Origin: Macrostomum hystrix
Taxonomy: Eukaryota > Animalia > Platyhelminthes
Direction: 5' to 3'
Length of the DNA stretch: 64,000 nt
NCBI GenBank assembly: GCA_950097015.1
Contig: CATNEN010000025.1
Location: forward strand, 992,001 to 1,056,000
The translations under genes and the position numbers were made by a program. The notes under the pieces are model-generated. The model was not told the DNA's origin. It saw only the letters and a list, made by a program, of their open reading frames with translations, and searched no databases. Every line of letters starts with the position of its first letter. Within the stretch, counting starts at the first letter, position 1. This document shows positions 24,601 through 36,644 of this stretch, piece after piece.

Positions 24601-27600
24601 TCAGTCTGTTCTAGGTGTCTGTCAGTCTGTTCTATGTGTCTGTCAGTCTGTTCTAGGTGTCTGTCAGTCTGTTCTAGGTGTCTGTCAGTCTGTTCTAGGT
24701 GTCTGTCAGTCTGTTCTATGTGTCTGTCAGTCTGTTTACGGTTCTGTTGGTTCTTTATATTTTTTTATTGCTTCTGTTCTGGGCGTTCAAATAGTTCTAT
24801 AGGGGCCATAGCAACAAGCAAGTTGTTGAAGCACGGTCATTCAGGGGATTACAATGTAGAAATTAGCTTACTAACAGAAGCTATTCCAATTACGTACCTA
24901 AGCAAAGTTTTGGTCGCTCCAAGTCGCCCATGGAAACCCATTTGGCTTCAAGCAGCTTCAAGGAAGCAATCTTAAAAGTGCACGTAACTCAGGGCCGCTG
25001 GCTGAAGAGTTAGAGAAGCCAGCAGGATGTAGAAAGCAGATGCGGAGCTTCATTGTCAATTGAAGCATTCAATTTTAGTACTTTTAATCATTTCAGAGTC
25101 TCAGGAATGGCTTGGCTATTTCGGCAAGCACATGAAACCTGAAGGCTTCAAAGGTGTGCGCGAATATCAAAAGGTAGGTATAAAAATTAAAAAAATGAAC
25201 GAATAATTAGGAGGGTAGCTATCTCCCTCGCCGTCTCGCCGTCCAGGTGAACCATTTTCCCGGCAGTTTCACCATCGGCCGCAAAGACCGCCTGTGGCGC
25301 TCACTACATCGGATGCAGTGCCAACACGGACGTCGCGAGTTCGATTTCTTTCCACTGACCTTCTGCCTGCCCGGCGATCTGAAGCAACTAAAGCGAGCCT
25401 GGGAGGACGCCGGCGCTAAGCAGAAATGGATTGTGAAGCCTCCGGCTAGCGCCAGGGGTATCGGCATCCGGGTCGTCAACAAGTGGAAGCAGGTGCCCAA
25501 ACGGCGAGCTGCAGTTGTTCAGACCTACTTGGCCAGGTGAGGGTCGAATGAAGTTGGGTCATGACTCGGATCACTCATGGTGTTAGTGGGTCATGACTCG
25601 CATCACTCATGGTGTTAGTGGGTCATGACTCGGATCACTCATGGTGTTAGTGGGTCATGACTCGCATCACTCATGGTGTTAGTGGGTCATGACTCGTGTC
25701 ACTCATGGTGTTAGTGGGTCATGACTCGGGTCACTCATGGTGTTAGTGGGTCATGACTCGGGTCACTCATGGTGTTAGTGGGTCATGACTCGTGTCACTC
25801 ATGGTGTTAGTGGGTCATGACTCGGGTCACTCATGGTGTTAGTGGGTCATGACTCGGGTCACTCATGGTGAAGCTGGGAAACAGATGAATGAGCTGAGTC
25901 ATGACTAACTAAACCATGATTGCAAGAATCATGAATGGCCACATCAGAACACCTGGACAAATTTCTCATGAACTCTCGCCTGACCCGTAGGCCCTACCTC
26001 ATCAACGGCAGCAAATTCGATCTTCGAGTCTACGTGTATGTCACTAGCTTCGATCCGTTGAGAATCTACGTACACGATCGCGGCCTGGTTAGGTTCGCCA
26101 GCGTACCCTACAGCCGGTCGGGCAAGACCATTGGCAACCGGTTCATGCACCTCACCAACTACAGTGTCAACAAGCGCAACTCAAGCTACAATGCCAGCGC
26201 CGGCGAGGCTGAAGGCGACGGCGAGGGCCACAAATGGAGCCTGCGCGCGCTCTGGTCGCACCTCAGACAGGCTGGCAAGGACCCGGAGGCTGTGTGGACC
26301 AGCGTCAAGGATCTGGTAGTCAAGACCATCATCAGCGGAGAAGCGCACATCAACTCACAGGTCGGGGAAGATTCTAAATAAATCTTTCCTTCATGGATCT
26401 CTTCCCCCCTAAGTGTCTTCCTCTCCCCTAAGTGTCTTCCTCTCCCCTAAGTGTCTTCCTCTCCCCTCAGTGTCTTCCTCCCCTAAGTGTCTTCCTCTCC
26501 CCTAAGTGTCTTCCCCCCTCAGTGTCTTCCTCTCCCCTAAGTGTCTTCCTCCCCCCTAAGTGTCTTCCTCTCCCCTAAGTGTCTTCCCCCCTCAGTGTCT
26601 TCCTCTCCCCTAAGTGTCTTCCTCCCCCTAAGTGTCTTCCTCTCCCCTGAGTGTCTTCCTCTCCACTAAGTGTCTTCCTCCCCCCTAAGTGTCTTCCTCC
26701 CCCCTAAGTGTCTTCCTCCCCCCTAAGTGTCTTCCTCTCCCCTAAGTGTCTTCCCCCCTCAGTGTCTTCCTCTCCCCTAAGTGTCTTCCTCCCCCTAAGT
26801 GTCTTCCTCTCCCCTGAGTGTCTTCCTCCCCCCTCAGTGTCTTCCTCCCCCCTGAGTGTCTTCCTCTCTCCTAAGTGTCTTCCTCTCCCCTGAGTGTCTT
26901 CCTCTCCCCTAAGTGTCTTCCTCCCCCCTAAGTGTCTTCCTCTCCCCTAAGTGTCTTCCTCCCCCCTAAGTGTCTTCCTCTCCCCTAAGTGTCTTCCCCC
27001 CTCAGTGTCTTCCTCTCCCCTAAGTGTCTTCCTCCCCCTAAGTGTCTTCCTCTCCCCTGAGTGTCTTCCTCTCCACTAAGTGTCTTCCTCCCCCCTAAGT
27101 GTCTTCCTCCCCCCTAAGTGTCTTCCTCCCCCCTAAGTGTCTTCCTCTCCCCTAAGTGTCTTCCCCCCTCAGTGTCTTCCTCTCCCCTAAGTGTCTTCCT
27201 CCCCCTAAGTGTCTTCCTCTCCCCTGAGTGTCTTCCTCCCCCCTAAGTGTCTTCCTCCCCCCTGAGTGTCTTCCTCTCTCCTAAGTGTCTTGTCTTCCTC
27301 TCCCCTGAGTGTCTTCCTCTCCCCTAAGTGTCTTCCTCCCCCCTAAGTGTCTTCCTCCCCCCTGAGTGTCTTCCTCTCCCCTAAGTGTCTTCCTCTCCCC
27401 TAAGTGTCTTCCTCTCCCCTAAGTGTCTTCCTCTCCCCTCAGTGTCTTCCCCCCTCAGCGTCTTTCTCTCCCTCAGCGTCTTTCTCTCCCTCAGTGTCTT
27501 CAGTTACTCCAGTGCAAAAGGATTTGACCAAATACTCGCCAACCAACAGGTGAAGGCCTTCTGCCGCCGGCGCTACTGCGTCCACGAACTCTTCGGCTTC

Positions 27601-28230
27601 GACGTGCTGCTCGATGAGCGCCTGAAGCCGTGGCTCCTGGAGGTGAACATCTCACCGTCGCTGCACTCCAACTCACCGCTAGACGTCGAAGTGAAAAGCG
27701 TCGTCATTCGAGACTTCATGAACTTGGCCGGCTTCCAGCTGCCTGAGCCCTCATCTTCAGCCCCGGCGTCAGCGTCAGCGGCAACAGCGGGAGACTCTTC
27801 GTCGTCATCAACTCCGGGCGATAGGCCAGTCGCCGATCGACGCTGCTGGCCGGAGCGTCCGCTGAGCGCTGACGAGCGCGCCAAGAAGCTGTGGTTCAGC
27901 CAGAGGCCGGACGATCGCGCTATTCTGGACCCGTTGACGCCGGACGATGTTCGGGTCCTCGTTGAATCGCTGGACGAATTCGCCAGGGCTGGCGAGTTTG
28001 GCAGAGTCTTTCCAGCCTCGGACGAGACGGCATCGAAGCGCTACCTGGCGCTGATGGAACAGCCCCGCTACTACAATCTGCTGCTGTTGCACTATTTGTC
28101 TCGCTATCGAGGCAACGAGGCTCAAGGCCTGGAACTACTGGCCAGCCTGTGCCGACAGCGTTTGCACTTGGAGGCGCCCACCGGAGATCCGGCGCATCAG
28201 TGGAGTCCACCGGGCGGCAGGCGCCTTTAA
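21654..28230 (+). CDS. TTLL4: Tubulin glutamylase TTLL4-like; exons 21654-22067, 22700-23502, 25097-25173, 25247-25536, 25991-26360 and 27550-28230; one extra base near 23390
   Basis: [135 protein letters not shown] and EQPRYYN follow TTLL4 order. Junction phases 0,1,0,2,0 are compatible. The summed length of 2635 nt is 3n+1. Exon 1 is the least certain. Confidence 0.93.
22133..22665. repeat. 20-bp minisatellite CACCTGTTAGACCTGAGCTT in TTLL4 intron 1
   Basis: About 26 units. Confidence 0.95.
23640..24735. repeat. 21-bp minisatellite CTGTCAGTCTGTTCTAGGTGT in TTLL4 intron 2
   Basis: About 50 units; preceded by (CTGC)n at 23512-23550. Confidence 0.95.
25555..25870. repeat. 32-bp minisatellite GGGTCATGACTCGGGTCACTCATGGTGTTAGT in TTLL4 intron 4
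   Basis: About 10 units. Confidence 0.95.
26402..27500. repeat. 19-bp minisatellite TAAGTGTCTTCCTCTCCCC in TTLL4 intron 5
   Basis: More than 50 units. Confidence 0.95.
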
Positions 28231-29411
28231 TGAGGAGTTCCCCGCGGCTAAAAATATAAACGATACGGAAACCCCTTTTTCCAATAGCGTTATCTGATGA
28301 AGAAATACCTGGCGCTAAAAATAGAACACTGGGAAAACCCTTTTTTGGTCGTTTTCCCGCGGATGGGGAATTTCCGCTCCTAAAAATAGAAACACTGGTA
28401 AATTCCTATTCCGGCTAGTTCATCGCAGAATTAATAAATACAACAATACATTTCAAACGTTTCCCTAGCGCCTTGTAAAGCCCACTGTAATGACAATCAA
28501 AGCGAAGGCTCATCAATACCACGATCCATGCTTAAACCCTGTCTGACGATTCGATGACGAGAAGTTTTGGAAGTGTTTAGATCCGCTGGTGCTGCTGATA
28601 CAGCCGTGTGGGCTCAGCTGCGGTGTGTAGGGTGGGCAGCGCCTACCTGACTCCATGACTTTCTTGTCCCCTAGGTGCAATCCATTATCATGAATGCTAC
28701 TTAAAGTAGGATAGTTTGCTTGTTTTGTAAAGTGTCAAAAGCTACTAATAAAGTAAACGACTTTATTTGGATCTTCCTTTAGAAATACTGCTAACTGCTG
28801 ATATTTGTCTCGCTTCTGCTTGTTGATCATATCAGAAGTGCAGATATTTAGTCCACACTTTCTGTGCCTTTCTGTATAACATATTTACATCTGGTTTCTG
28901 TTTTTTCGCAGTTTTTTAGATTTAAATTATTCAATTTTGAGCATTCAGTAAAACAAAACAAAAAATAATAAATTTACTCTTCCACGAGTCTACCCTAACA
29001 TTCTCGAACAAACAGTGACAAAGAGATATTTAAAATAGCAGTATTTTTAATCCTGCTTTACTTGAAAATATGTACTTCTATTTTATATAGTCTTTAATTA
29101 TATGCGGGCTTAAATAATTTTTACAGCAGCATTAGAAAAATGTGGCGCATATTTATTTTAAGCTTTGCGATTGTATTTCATAAACCTACTAAAACGTTAA
29201 TTGATAATATTCAAGAGCTTACAAAATTTGCTTCACAAATATATTTTGCTTACCTTGACTCAGGATAATTGCCAAAAAGTACGAGTATATGCCTGCCTGC
29301 TAAAATAAACTTACTTCTAAATTAGTGTCCTTTGAGTTCGCAAAAAATTCATTTTAAATGCGAGGGTAACAGCAGAAGGTAATATAATTTTGACTGGCTG
29401 TTTTCCGCCCC

Positions 29412-30990
29412 TTTCTCACCTGTCTCTCGCCTGTCTCTCGCCTGCCTCTCGCCTGTCTCTCGCCTGTCTCTCGCCTGTCTCTCGCCTGTCTCTCGCCTGT
29501 CTCTCGCCTGTCTCTCGCCTGCCTCTCGCCTGTCTCTCGCCTGTCTCTCGCCTGCCTCTCGCCTGTCTCTCGCCTGTCTCTCGCATGTCTCTCACATGTC
29601 TCTCGCCTGTCTCTCGCCTGTCTCTCGCATGTCTCTCACATGTCTCTCGCCTGTCTCTCGCCTGTATCTCGTCTGTCTCTAGTCTGTCTCTCGTCTGTCT
29701 CTCATCTGTTTGTCTCTCACCTGTCTCTCGCATGTCTCTCGTTTGTCTTTCGCCTGTATCTCTTCTGTCTCTCTTCTGTCTCTCTTGTGTCTCTCGCATG
29801 TCTCTCGATTGTCTTTCACCATCTCTCACATGTCTCTCGCCTGTCTCTCGCCTGTCTCTCGCCTGTCTCTCGCATGCCTCTCGTTTGTCTTTCACCATAT
29901 CTCACATGTCTCTCGCCTGTCTCTCGCCTGTCTCTCGCTTGTCTCTCACCTGTCTCTCGCCTGTCTATCGCCTGTCTCTCGCTTGTCTCTCGCCTGTCTA
30001 TCGCCTGTCTCCCGTATGTCTCTCGTTTGTCTTTCACCATATCTCACATGGCTCTTGCCTGTCTCTCGCCTGTCTCTCGCTTGTCTCTCGCCTGTCTCTC
30101 GTTTGTCTTTCACCATCTCTCGCCTGTCTATCGCCTGTCTCTCGCATGTCTCTCGTTTGTCTCTCACCTGTCTCTCGCCTGTCTATCGCCTGTCTCTCAC
30201 TTGTCTCTCGCCTGTCTATCGCCTGTCTCCCGTATGTCTCTCGTTTGTCTTTCACCATATCTCACGTCTCTCGCTTGTCTCTCGCCTGTCTCTCGCTTGT
30301 CTCTCACCTGTCTCTCGCCTGTCTATCGCCTGTCTATCGCCTGTCTCTCGCCTGTCTCTCGCCTGTATCTCGTCTGTCTCTAGTCTGTCTCTAGTCTGTC
30401 TCTAGTCTGTCTCTCGCCTGTCTCTCGCCTGTCTCTCATCTGTTTGTCTCTCGCTTGTCTCTCGCCTGTCTCCCGCATGTCTCTCGTTTGTCTTTCACCA
30501 TATCTCACATGTCTCTCGCCTGTCTCTCGCCTGTATCTCGTCTGTCTCTAGTCTGTCTCTAGTCTGTCTCTAGTCTGTCTCTAGTCTGTCTCTCGCCTGT
30601 CTCTCGCCTGTCTCTCATCTGTTTGTCTCTCGCTTGTCTCTCGCCTGTCTCTCGCCTGTCTCCCGCATGTCTCTCGTTTGTCTTTCACCATATCTCACAT
30701 GTCTCTCACCTGTCTCTCGCTTGTCTCTCGCCTGTCTCTCGCCTGTCTCTCGCCTGTCTATCGCCTGTCTCTCGCCTGTCTATCGCCATTCACTCGCCTG
30801 TCACTCGCATGTCTCTCGTTTGTCTTTCACCATCTCTCGCATTTCTCTCGCATGTCTCTCGCCTGTCACTCGCCTGTCACTCGCATGTCTCTCGTTTGTC
30901 TTTCACCATCTCTCGCATTTCTCTCGCATGTCTCTCGCCTGTCTCTCGTTTATCTCTCCTCTATCTGTCGCCTGTCTCCCGCCTGTGCTT
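29412..30990. repeat. 11-bp minisatellite TCTCGCCTGTC
   Basis: Directly visible; source of the SLACLSPVSR and RDRRETGER ORFs. Confidence 0.95.
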
Positions 30991-32154
30991 CGCCAGTCCC
31001 TCTTCTGTACCTTCTCGGTGACTTCTAAGCAAAATGAGCCCGTTTAATTTTAACTTTGCGCGTCAAATTAAACGAGGCATGCAATTGAAGTTAATAATTT
31101 ACGATCCTTGACAATATCCAGCGTCTGTTTATTTATTCGTCCTTTAAAGTGCACTAACTCGAAAATTGCCATAGATCTCCCACACTAGACCCGCTGTTTT
31201 GTCCGGTTGAGAACTAATTTCTGGCTGAACTTTGAGCATGCAGTGAGTCAGTCAGCCAGCCACACCTCTTGCACTTCCTTGTGAACCTGGCCAGGAAGCT
31301 ATTGATTAAGAACTTGGTATCTGAAAAGGGCAAAAATACTGCATAACTATTTCAAACATATCAAACAATATCCTGTAGACAAGATCACCTGACTAAAGAA
31401 GGGACGATAATCGTACATCATAAGCTACTAAGAAAAGTCTACAGACATAGCAATTTCCTACTCGAACAGGTCGTCACAAATTAAATCTCAGCCTTTTGCT
31501 GTTTCTTTGACTGATTGACTGATTTCTTTGAAGTGTGCCCATCTGGTTCATAGAACGAGGGGCATTTTCTCTTATCAAAGGATCAGTTTTTGAAGCCTTT
31601 AATTAATTAATTTTCTAACTCGCCAATTTATACTTTCTCTCTACGTAATCAATGACCAGTTTTTTTAAGAAAACTTGTCTTTGCCTTGTCATCATTCATA
31701 CGAAAATTGCATAGAGAATTTGAAGAAATTCAGATTGTCCTTATGTTCTTTAACGATAATCTCAAAAGCAAATGATTGTCGAAGGCAGTTAACATCTGGC
31801 TCAGTTTTGTATCTTAAATTTATCTTAATGTTTTGGTTAGAAGCAAAAAGATGTCAAATAAAATAACTAATGTTGCTTTATTTCTTATCCAATCCAGAAC
31901 AAGGTAAGGACCATTAAAATGACAGTTCATTTCTCTCTTCTTAGCCAATCAGAATCGACAGGGAGCCTAGCTACGAAGTCATTACATCATATTTAACAAA
32001 TTTCTCAGCCCATAAGAATCGAGAACTGGGTGAATGATGAATTTCATATGTGCACTCATTTCTTAGCCAATCAGAATCGACGGAAGGCTAGAACTTCATA
32101 AAAAAATACTTTACAAATTTCTCAGCCAATAAGAATCGCGATAGAGATAACACT

Positions 32155-33566
32155 TTGTTCATAACACCCTCTTGTTCATAACATCCTCGAGTTCATAACA
32201 CCCTCGAGTTCATAACACCCTCGAGTTCATAACACCCTCGAGTTCATAACACCCTCGAGTTCATAACACCCTCGAGTTCATAACACTCACGTGTTCATAA
32301 CACCCTCTTGTTCATAACATCCTCGAGTTCATAACACCCTCGAGTTCATAACACCCTCGAGTTCATAACACCCTCGAGTTCATAACACCCTCGAGTTCAT
32401 AACACTCACGTGTTCATAACACCCTCTTGTTCATAACATCCTCGAGTTCATAACACCCTCGAGTTCATAACACCCTCGAGTTCATAACACTCACGTGTTC
32501 ATAACACCCTCGAGTTCATAACACCCTCGAGTTCATAACACCCTCGAGTTCATTACACCCTCGAGTTCATAACACCCTCGAGTTCATAACACTCACGTGT
32601 TCATAACACCCTCGAGTTCATAACACCCTCGAGTTCATAACACTCACGTGTTCATAACACCCTCGAGTTCATAACACCCTCGAGTTCATAACACCCTCGA
32701 GTTCATAACACCCTCGAGTTCATAACACCCTCGAGTTCATTACACCCTCGAGTTCATAACACCCTCGAGTTCATAACACCCTCGAGTTCATAACACCCTC
32801 GAGTTCATAACACCCTCGAGTTCATTACACCCTCGAGTTCATAACACCCTCGAGTTCATAACACCCTCGAGTTCATAACACCCTCGAGTTCATAACACCC
32901 TCGAGTTCATAACACCCTCGAGTTCATAACACCCTCGAGTTCATAACACCCTCGAGTTCATAACACCCTCGAGTTCATAACACTCACGTGTTCATAACAC
33001 CCTCTTGTTCATAACATCCTCGAGTTCATAACACCCTCGAGTTCATAACACCCTCGAGTTCATAACACTCACGTGTTCATAACACCCTCGAGTTCATAAC
33101 ACCCTCGAGTTCATAACACCCTCGAGTTCATTACACCCTCGAGTTCATAACACCCTCGAGTTCATAACACTCACGTGTTCATAACACCCTCGAGTTCATA
33201 ACACCCTCGAGTTCATAACACTCACGTGTTCATAACACCCTCGAGTTCATAACACCCTCGAGTTCATTACACCCTCGAGTTCATAACACCCTCGAGTTCA
33301 TAACACCCTCGAGTTCATAACACCCTCGAGTTCATAACACCCTCGAGTTCATTACACCCTCGAGTTCATAACACCCTCGAGTTCATAACACCCTCGAGTT
33401 CATAACACCCTCGAGTTCATAACACCCTCGAGTTCATAACACCCTCGAGTTCATAACACCCTCGAGTTCATAGCACCCTCGAGTTCATAACACCCTCGTG
33501 TTCATAACACTCACGTGTTCATAACACCCTCTTGTTCATAACATCCTCGAGTTCATAACACCCTCG
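32155..33566 (+). repeat. 17-bp minisatellite TTCATAACACCCTCGAG
   Basis: About 83 highly homogeneous units. Confidence 0.97.
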
Positions 33567-33877
33567 AAAAGAAAAAAGCTTTTTAAAAGTATTACTCAGA
33601 CGGTACTGAAAGCAGTCAAACAGAAAAAACAAGGCGATATAATGACATTATAAACAAAACTGCAACGTCATCGCGTCTATTTTGGTGTCCTGAAAATACC
33701 GACTTAAAGTTAAGCACTTCCTTTGTGTTGTTTGGTTGGTTTTGTGCTTGTCAGCAATGCAAATTCGGACTAGAAAATTCAGCCTATTTCAAGCAACAGT
33801 TAGCTGCAGTCTGCACCGAGTTTCTACTCGCGAACTGAGAAAAGTGCGATTAACAAGCACTTCTGCTGGCTTCTAAC

Positions 33878-33920
33878 ATGGCACCAGAGAGATCAACTTT
33901 GTTCAAGATGCTGATCGAAG
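33878..33920 (+). CDS. Candidate first coding exon (MAPERSTLFKMLIE), possibly of ANKFN1
   Basis: aacATGg context and a strong AAG|GTAAGC donor in phase 1, compatible with the phase-1 acceptor at 40292. No homology evidence. Confidence 0.3.
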
Positions 33921-34011
33921 GTAAGCTTTATACTCGTACATGCTTATTATTGTCTTGTCTTCAATCATATCATTAAAAACATTGATTTACTGAACTTTAA
34001 CTGGAAAGTGT

Positions 34012-34320
34012 CATGAACTTTATGGTGTTATGAACTCGACGGTGTTATGAAATCGAGGGTGTTATGCACTGGAAAGTGTCATGAACTATATGGTGTTATG
34101 AACTCGACGGTGTTATGAACTCGAATGTGTTATGAATTCGAGGGCGTTATGAACTAGAGGGTGTTATGAAATCGAGGGTGTTATTAACTTGATGGTGTTA
34201 TGAAATCGAGGGTGTTATGAACTAGAGGGTGATATTAACTAGATGATGCTATGAGCTCGAGGGTGTTATTAACTTGATGGTGTTATGAAATCGAGGGTGT
34301 TATGTACTAGAGGTGTTTTG
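34012..34320 (-). repeat. Degenerate inverted array of the same 17-mer (CTCGAGGGTGTTATGAA)
   Basis: Units such as ATCGAGGGTGTTATGAA and CTCGACGGTGTTATGAA are reverse complements of the 32155-33566 unit. Confidence 0.9.
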
Positions 34321-34474
34321 AAACTGGGGCAATATGAAAATCAGTTTTCAGTTGCTTGAGAGGGTGGCCCCATGCGTTAGATTCTGCCGGAAAATGCATC
34401 CAGAGGGAGTTAAAAGGCCATGCTAAAAGATGGGATCGACCAAAGCAGATGTGACGGCGCCTTAGAAGTGAACA

Positions 34475-34475
<1 letters not shown>

Positions 34476-34517
<42 letters not shown>
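34476..34517. repeat. (CTG)14 microsatellite
   Basis: Directly visible. Confidence 0.95.
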
Positions 34518-34519
<2 letters not shown>

Positions 34520-34984
34520 TCTGCTCCTTATTTCTTTGTCGTAAAAAATAACCCAAACAAGCATGGCCGCATTGAGGTTATAGAGGCTGGAAAAAATCTG
34601 ACTCGAACCCCCCTGCCTAAATCCTGGTGGGGGATGCACCGCCTGTACCACTCAGTCCGACTCTCTTTGTTCTTTTGCCGCCGTGACCCGCACCAGACGC
34701 TGCAGACAACTGCAGCCTCGTCCTCGAATGACCCCGCCGTCTGGCCCTAATATTTCTTTTATTCGTTCCGCGCACCTTTCCAGGTAATTTTAGGTTCAGG
34801 TTAATCAACTCTGCTTTTTCGTATAATCTCTTTGCAGTTTCCCCGTTCGTAGCAACCCCTAGAAGCAGCAGACTGTAGTCCGGTGGTCACTCGCTGGAGT
34901 GGGATATTTTTAGCTAGCCTGGCTAATCAGGCGCGCATTTGGACTTTTGCGATCGGTGCAGACTGTACTGTGAATCGTTCTTCC

Positions 34985-35508
34985 CGTGTCTAATCTCCCC
35001 CGTGTCTCATCCCTCCCGTGTCTCATCCCTCCCGTGTCTCATCTCCTCCCGTGTCTCATCCCTCCCGTGTCTCATCCCTCCCGTGTCTCATCCCTCCCGT
35101 GTCTAATCTCTCCCGTGTCTAATCTCTCCCGTGTCTCATCCCTCCCGTGTCTAATCTCTCTTCTCTCCCGTGTCTCATCTCTCCCGTGTCTCATCCCTCC
35201 CATGTCTCATCTCCCATGTCTCTTCTCTCCCGTGTCTAATCTCTCCCGTGTCTCATCCCTCCCGTGTCTCAGTCCCTCCCGTGTCTCATCCCTCCCGTGT
35301 TTCATCCCTCCCCTGTCTAATCTCTCCCGTGTCTCATCCCTCCCCTGTCTAATCTCTCCCGTATCTCATCCCTCCCGTGTCTCATCCCTCCCGTGTCTAA
35401 TCCCTCCCGTGTCTCATCCCTCCCGTGTCTCATCCCTCCAGTGTCTCATCCCTCCCGTGTCTCATCCCTCCCGTGTCTAATCCCTCCCGTGTCTCATCCC
35501 TCCCGTGT
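34985..35508. repeat. 17-18-bp minisatellite CTCCCGTGTCTCATCC
   Basis: Same family as 8990-9572; followed immediately by a fragment of element B at 35510-35556. Confidence 0.95.
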
Positions 35509-35896
35509 GCGAGAACCTCGGTGCGAGAGGCAAACGCGTTATACTGCTCTGCCACTCCCTGCCCACCATTGGGTGAAGCTTGGTCGAAATTGGCTAAAAA
35601 TCGAGCAGTATTTAATGCAAACTAGCAGAGAGGCTGATTAACTAACGGGCTGTCAATTAGTTAGTAGAGTTGGCACTGCCAGCTTGAACCAGGTGCGTGA
35701 CTTTCACATGGGGAAAACTTCATTTAACCACAGATTTGACACCGAAAAATTGTACTTTTATGAGGCCCGCGAGAGTTCAAGGCCTTCCTTAACTTTCAAT
35801 TTCCTTAGTATACATATACTAGTTAGTAATAAATGGTAAATTATGTTTCTATAATTGGCACGTAGAAATCTAAGTTTCGAGAAATCAAGTTTATCA

Positions 35897-36212
35897 GTCT
35901 GACAGTTCATGAGCCTGACAGTTTATGAGCCTGACAGTTCATGAGCCTGAAAGTTTATGAGTCTGACAGTTCATGAGCCTGAAAGTTTATGAGCCTGACA
36001 GTTCATGAGCCTGACAGTTTATGAGCCTGACAGTTTATGAGCCTGACAGTTCATGAGCCTGACAGTTTATGAGTCTGACAGTTTATCCGTCTGACAGTTT
36101 ATCCGTCTGACAGTTTATCCGTCTGACAGTTTATCCGTCTGACAGTTTATCCGTCTGACAGTTTATCCGTCTGACAGTTTATCCGTCTGACAGTTTATCC
36201 GTCTGACAGTTT
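35897..36212. repeat. 16-bp minisatellite CTGACAGTTTATGAGC changing to CTGACAGTTTATCCGT
   Basis: Directly visible. Confidence 0.93.
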
Positions 36213-36644
36213 GACTAAGCATCTCGCAAAAGTATTGACTGCACTTTAATTCAAATAAAAGAGTTTTAGAAGGCCTACTTTGACCTGAGTACGTTCGTAA
36301 GACATGAGGTGACAGGTGGGCTAATTTCAAAGCATCAAGGGTGGCGCCATTCTCAAAGCTTTGAGACTGCACTCGAATGCAATGGCACGTAAGAGCTCAA
36401 CAACCCGGAATTCAACGCAGGATGCGAATTTTGAATAATTTTGCTCCGTTTCACACCTGGCTTAATAGAACTCTCAACCCGAAACAGATTGTTTTCTAAT
36501 GAACTCTGTCTTTCGATTTTTGGCTGGAAAAAAGACAGGAAACTCCTTGTCTAGAAGCAGCCTTCCTGCTAGTCGCACACTCCACCCCAAATTGAAGAAC
36601 TCTCTTAATCATGGTTAAATATAGAGCCTTGAGAACTCTGAAGA

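Noticed and set aside
34307-34808. Minus-strand ORFs around the CTG repeat
   Set aside because: No homology and no consistent splice signals; the poly-Ser/Gln tract simply reflects the microsatellite.
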